Shown: in pieces, positions 60,359 to 64,000 of the stretch
Position numbering within the stretch: position 1 is the stretch's first letter
How the letters are laid out: each line of letters opens with the position of its first letter
Assembly (NCBI GenBank): GCA_903902855.1
Contig: CAIUWK010000068.1
Span: forward strand, 3,363-67,362
From: an uncultured Geobacter sp.
Lineage (GTDB): Bacteria > Desulfobacterota > Desulfuromonadia > Geobacterales > CAIOGM01
Direction: 5' to 3'
Length of the DNA: 64,000 nucleotides
Notes under the pieces: model-generated
Told to the model about the DNA's origin: nothing
Databases searched by the model: none
What the model saw: only the letters and a program-made list of their open reading frames with translations
Position numbers and translations under genes: made by a program

Positions 60359-63343
60359 ATGGAGAGAGCAGTGAACAACAAGATCATCGCTCGGGGGAAA
60401 GAATTTTTTTCCACCATTTCCGGAGAAAAGCCCTCCATTTTCAACAAGGGGGCCTGGATGGGCAAGGCCATGGAATGGAGCATGCAAAACGAGCAGTTCA
60501 AGATCCAGATGTTTCGCTTCGTGGATGTCTTCCCGGCCCTCACCAGCAGCAAGCTCCTCACCGAACATATCAGGGAGTATTTCGGTGATGAAAAGGAGAT
60601 GCCCCCCTTCCTTGCCACCGGGGCCAGGGTGGCGGGGATGTTCGGCTCCCTGGGAGGAGCGCTGCTGAACAAGGCTATCTCCACCAACATCAGGGAAATG
60701 GCCCGTCAGTTTATCGTGGGGGAGAACAGCAAAGAGGCGGTAAAAAACCTGGAACGACTCCGGAAGGACGGCTTCGCCGCCGTGGTGGACGTGCTGGGGG
60801 AGGCGACCCTTTCGGAAGAAGAAGCGGAGAGCTATGTGGCGACCTACCTGGAACTGCTGGAGGCGCTAAAGAGTGAACAAAAGAACTGGGGCGGACTCCC
60901 CGGCAAAGGTGGTGACGGTCAGCTGGATTGGGGGCATTCCCCCAAGGTAAACATCGCCGTGAAGCCCACTGCCCTCTACTGCCTGGCCAACCCCCAGGAT
61001 TTCGAGGGATCGGTTCTGGCCATCATGGCCCGGCTGGAGCGAATCCTGCTCAAGACCATGGAGCTCAACGGCTATCTCTGCATCGACATGGAATCCTACC
61101 GTCACAAGGAGATCATCCTGGAGGTGTACCGCCGGTTGCGCCTGCGCCACCGTGACTACCCGCACCTGGGAATCGTGCTCCAGTCCTACCTGCGCGACAC
61201 CGACCAGGACCTGGCAGAGCTGCTGGCCTGGGGACGTGACCACCAGCTGCAGCTCTCCATCCGTCTGGTTAAGGGGGCCTACTGGGATTACGAGACGGTG
61301 AAGGCCCGGCAGAACGATTGGGAGATTCCGGTCTGGACCATCAAGGCCGAATCCGACGCAGCCTTCGAACGCCATGCGCGGCTGATCCTGGAAAACCAGG
61401 AGATCTGTCACTTTGCCTGCGCCTCCCATAACATCCGGAGCATCTCGGCAGTGCTGGAGATGGCCAAGGAGCTGAATGTTCCGGAAGAGCGTTACGAATT
61501 TCAACTTCTCTACGGTATGGCAGAACCGGTGCGCAAGGGGATTCTCAAGATCGCCGGCCGGGTCCGCCTCTACTCCCCTTACGGCGACATGGTTCCCGGC
61601 ATGGGATATCTGGTCCGCCGCCTGCTGGAAAACACCGCTAACGAGTCGTTCCTCCGGCAGAGTTTCGCCCAGGACGCGGAGATCGAGCGGCTGCTGGAAG
61701 ATCCGGAGGATACCGCAAAGCGCCAGCGGGACGCACTCAAACCCCAGGGGGAAAAGGACGTCCTGGAAACTCTCCCCCGCTTCGAGAACATGGCCATGGT
61801 GGACTTCACCAGGGGGGACCATCGCGCCGCCTTTCCCGCCGCCATCGCCCGGGTCCGGACGGAGTTGGGCAAAACCTATCCGCTCTTCATCAACGGTCAG
61901 GAGATCGTCACCGGCGACACCATCCCCACGGTGAATCCTGCCAAGCCATCGGAACTGCTGGGGAACATCTGTCAGGCAGGCATCCCCCAGGTGGAGCAGG
62001 CCATTGCCGCGGCCAAGCGGGCCTTTCCGGCATGGCGGGATACCCTACCGGAAGAACGGGCCGCGTACCTGCTCAAGGCCGCCGCCATTGCCCGGAAACG
62101 GATCTTCCAACTCTGCGCCTGGCAGGTCCTTGAGATCGGCAAACAGTGGGACCAGGCCTATGGCGATGTGGCCGAAGCTATCGATTTCCTGGAATATTAC
62201 GCCAGGGAGATGAACCGGCTGGGGAAACCCCGGCGCATGGGACATGCTCCGGGTGAATTGAACCACTATTTTTACGAGCCCAAGGGGGTGGCGGCAATCA
62301 TCGCCCCCTGGAACTTCCCCCTGGCCATCAGCATGGGGATGGCGTCGGCGGCCATGGTCACCGGCAACCCGGTCATCTTCAAACCGTCGGCCCTCACCGG
62401 GATCATCGGTCACCACCTGGTGGAAATCTTCCGCGAGGCAGGTCTCCCCGCCGGAGTCTTCAACTTCACCCCGGGGCGCGGCGCCGTCATGGGAGATTTC
62501 CTGGTGGATCACCCGGACATCTCCCTCATCGCCTTCACCGGCTCCATGGAGGTCGGCCTCCGGATTGTTGAGCGGGCCGCCAGGGTCCATCCTGGCCAGC
62601 CCAACGTGAAGAAGATCATCGCGGAGATGGGGGGGAAGAACGCCGTCATTATTGACGACGATGCCGACCTGGACGAAGCGGTCCCCCACCTCCTCTACTC
62701 CGCCTTCGGTTTTCAGGGGCAGAAATGCTCGGCCTGCTCCCGGGTCATCGTGCTGGACGCGGTCTATGACCGTTTCATGGCGCGCCTCCTGGCCATGGCC
62801 AAGGCCACCAGCGTGGGTCCGTCGGAGAATCCCGGCCACTACATGGGGGCGGTGGCCGATGACAAGGCCATGAAGAGTATACTGGAGTATATCGAGATCG
62901 GCAGGAAGGAAGGGGAGGTTCTCTACATGAGTCCGGTTCCCCAGGGGGAAGGGTACTGGGTCCCCATGACCATCATCGGCGGCATTCGCCCGGAACATCG
63001 GCTGGCCCAGGAAGAGATCTTCGGTCCGGTGCTGGCGGTGATGCGGGCCAGGGATTTCAGTCAGGCCCTGGAGTGGGCCAACTCTACCCGCTTCGCCCTT
63101 ACCGGCGGCATCTTCAGCCGGTCACCGGAACATCTGGCCCGGGCGCGGCGCGAATTCCGGGTGGGAAATCTCTACATCAACCGTAACAACACCGGCGCCC
63201 TGGTGGAGCGTCAACCCTTCGGCGGCGCGCGCATGTCCGGGGTCGGCACCAAGGCCGGCGGACCGGATTATCTCCTGCACTTCATGGACCCGCGCGTGGT
63301 GACTGAAAACACCATGCGCCGGGGATTTGCGCCAACAGAGTAA
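60359..63343 (+). CDS. putA: bifunctional proline dehydrogenase / L-glutamate-gamma-semialdehyde dehydrogenase
   Basis: 994 aa. N-terminal PRODH barrel region and C-terminal ALDH domain (FTGS, EMGGKNA, FGFQGQKCSA catalytic Cys). No N-terminal DNA-binding domain. Confidence 0.85.
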   Translation: MERAVNNKIIARGKEFFSTISGEKPSIFNKGAWMGKAMEWSMQNEQFKIQMFRFVDVFPALTSSKLLTEHIREYFGDEKEMPPFLATGARVAGMFGSLGGALLNKAISTNIREMARQFIVGENSKEAVKNLERLRKDGFAAVVDVLGEATLSEEEAESYVATYLELLEALKSEQKNWGGLPGKGGDGQLDWGHSPKVNIAVKPTALYCLANPQDFEGSVLAIMARLERILLKTMELNGYLCIDMESYRHKEIILEVYRRLRLRHRDYPHLGIVLQSYLRDTDQDLAELLAWGRDHQLQLSIRLVKGAYWDYETVKARQNDWEIPVWTIKAESDAAFERHARLILENQEICHFACASHNIRSISAVLEMAKELNVPEERYEFQLLYGMAEPVRKGILKIAGRVRLYSPYGDMVPGMGYLVRRLLENTANESFLRQSFAQDAEIERLLEDPEDTAKRQRDALKPQGEKDVLETLPRFENMAMVDFTRGDHRAAFPAAIARVRTELGKTYPLFINGQEIVTGDTIPTVNPAKPSELLGNICQAGIPQVEQAIAAAKRAFPAWRDTLPEERAAYLLKAAAIARKRIFQLCAWQVLEIGKQWDQAYGDVAEAIDFLEYYAREMNRLGKPRRMGHAPGELNHYFYEPKGVAAIIAPWNFPLAISMGMASAAMVTGNPVIFKPSALTGIIGHHLVEIFREAGLPAGVFNFTPGRGAVMGDFLVDHPDISLIAFTGSMEVGLRIVERAARVHPGQPNVKKIIAEMGGKNAVIIDDDADLDEAVPHLLYSAFGFQGQKCSACSRVIVLDAVYDRFMARLLAMAKATSVGPSENPGHYMGAVADDKAMKSILEYIEIGRKEGEVLYMSPVPQGEGYWVPMTIIGGIRPEHRLAQEEIFGPVLAVMRARDFSQALEWANSTRFALTGGIFSRSPEHLARARREFRVGNLYINRNNTGALVERQPFGGARMSGVGTKAGGPDYLLHFMDPRVVTENTMRRGFAPTE

Positions 63344-63372
63344 CGGCTGAAGGCTGAAGACTGAAGGGTGAG
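63344..63372. repeat. 7-nt array GGCTGAA x3-4 (complement of the TTCAGCC type)
   Basis: ggctgaa ggctgaa gactgaa gggtgag, between convergent putA and DUF2917. Confidence 0.85.
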
Positions 63373-63375
63373 TCT

Positions 63376-63639
63376 CTAACAGGGAACCACGCGAATGATC
63401 GGCCTCTGTACGGCGTTGCAGGCGGGGAGCGGTTTCATGACAGCGCATTCCGCCGCCTGCAGCGCCTCAACCACGGCAAGAATGCCGGCGGGGAGCGACA
63501 GGCTCTTTCCGGCGGAGAGGAGATAATCCCGTCCGTCACCAGTGGTAACCCAGATCCTGCCGCTCACACAGCGCAGGTTGATACCATCCTTCGTGCAGTC
63601 CAACCGCACCACTTCTCCCCGTTCAAGACAACAGTCCAT
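63376..63639 (-). CDS. DUF2917-like small protein
   Basis: 87 aa. LRCVSGRIWVTTGDGRDYLLSAGKSL is DUF2917-like. Divergent from a MocR-type regulator. Confidence 0.5.
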   Translation of the reverse strand: MDCCLERGEVVRLDCTKDGINLRCVSGRIWVTTGDGRDYLLSAGKSLSLPAGILAVVEALQAAECAVMKPLPACNAVQRPIIRVVPC

Positions 63640-63794
63640 GAGTGATTCCTCCCGTCAGTGATGGTGACAGAGTACACCCTCTCTGCCGCAAAAAACAGAT
63701 ACAGAGAATCTGTTTTGTAACCATAACAGTTCCATGCTATACAGACTGTACCCATCAAAAAAGGGGACAACTGTACTGCATCAGGGGGTGCGGC

Positions 63795-64000
63795 ATGATC
63801 GGCATAACCTCGGAGATGAGCAAGGGGGGTTCTCTCCTCTACGAACGGGTGGCCGGGGAGATAACCGGATTGGTGGAGCAGGGGACCTTCAGGGCGGGGG
63901 ACAAGCTCCCCTCCCTGCGGCAACTGAGCCGACGCTTTGATGTGAGCATCAACACGGTGATGCAGGCGTATGCCCTGCTGGAAGACAAACGCCTTATCCA
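63795..64000 (+). CDS. MocR/GabR-type GntR regulator, N-terminal part (runs off the window)
   Basis: My translation from the ATG at 63795: MIGITSEMSKGGSLLYERVAGEITGLVEQGTFRAGDKLPSLRQLSRRFDVSINTVMQAYALLEDKRLI. Not in the ORF track because there is no stop. Confidence 0.65.
   Translation, partial: MIGITSEMSKGGSLLYERVAGEITGLVEQGTFRAGDKLPSLRQLSRRFDVSINTVMQAYALLEDKRLI

Noticed and set aside
60866-62998. Two ~318-aa minus-strand ORFs (60866-61822 and 62045-62998)
   Set aside because: Both are antisense to putA, whose PRODH and ALDH motifs are unambiguous.

Overview
The window is GC-rich and splits into two parts. By gene content (for example a short PutA) it looks Geobacter/Desulfuromonadales-like, but that is inference only.

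(1) Positions ~1-21.76 kb are one arm of a Mu-like transposable prophage, with its lytic genes on the minus strand. From low to high coordinates these are: Mu F-like head protein, DUF935 portal, large terminase and a DUF1804 protein; a translationally coupled lysis cassette (SLT endolysin, holin-like protein, i-spanin with embedded o-spanin lipoprotein); then Mor, GemA, HU, DUF3164, a MuB-like AAA+ ATPase, a DDE MuA-like transposase and a Ner-like HTH protein. A divergent XRE-type repressor on the plus strand is followed by a visibly lower-GC cargo of co-oriented genes: a DUF3761-repeat lipoprotein, a remnant copy of the repressor C-terminus, a zinc-ribbon membrane protein and an orphan 329-aa protein. 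The prophage appears to end just before a 5'-truncated LruC/DUF4842-like host gene fragment (21762-21992).

(2) Positions 21.8-64 kb are host chromosome:
- SulP, ComEC, a DUF815 ATPase and a DUF4160/DUF2442 pair.
- An opp-like ABC operon without ATPase genes, and a TPR lipoprotein.
- A five-gene operon: APH-like/P-loop kinase fusion, small membrane subunit, SLC5(SSS)-GAF-PP2C phosphatase, STAS protein and RsbW-like kinase, with no sigma factor gene.
- lgt, a Uma2 nuclease, a ParA-like ATPase with a Cys-rich tail, and glgC.
- Four EamA/RarD exporters interleaved with polar and branched-chain amino-acid ABC systems and a porin.
- YbaK, a FadR-type GntR regulator, putA, DUF2917 and the start of a MocR-type regulator.

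No rRNA, tRNA or CRISPR array was seen.

Most interesting observations:
(a) The repressor-linked cargo module is a candidate new exclusion/abortive-infection system.
(b) The transporter-coupled partner-switching operon has no sigma factor.
(c) GTAG-headed REP-like palindromes were found, by eye, only inside the prophage, and several sit in-frame inside phage ORFs.
(d) Tandem arrays with a 7-8 nt period occur at gene boundaries across the window, often as inverted halves that could form long hairpins.
(e) A ~160-210 nt structured repeat with a conserved 8-codon mini-ORF flanks the EamA-livHMGF-EamA block.

All family assignments come from reading motifs and from recall. No searches were run.
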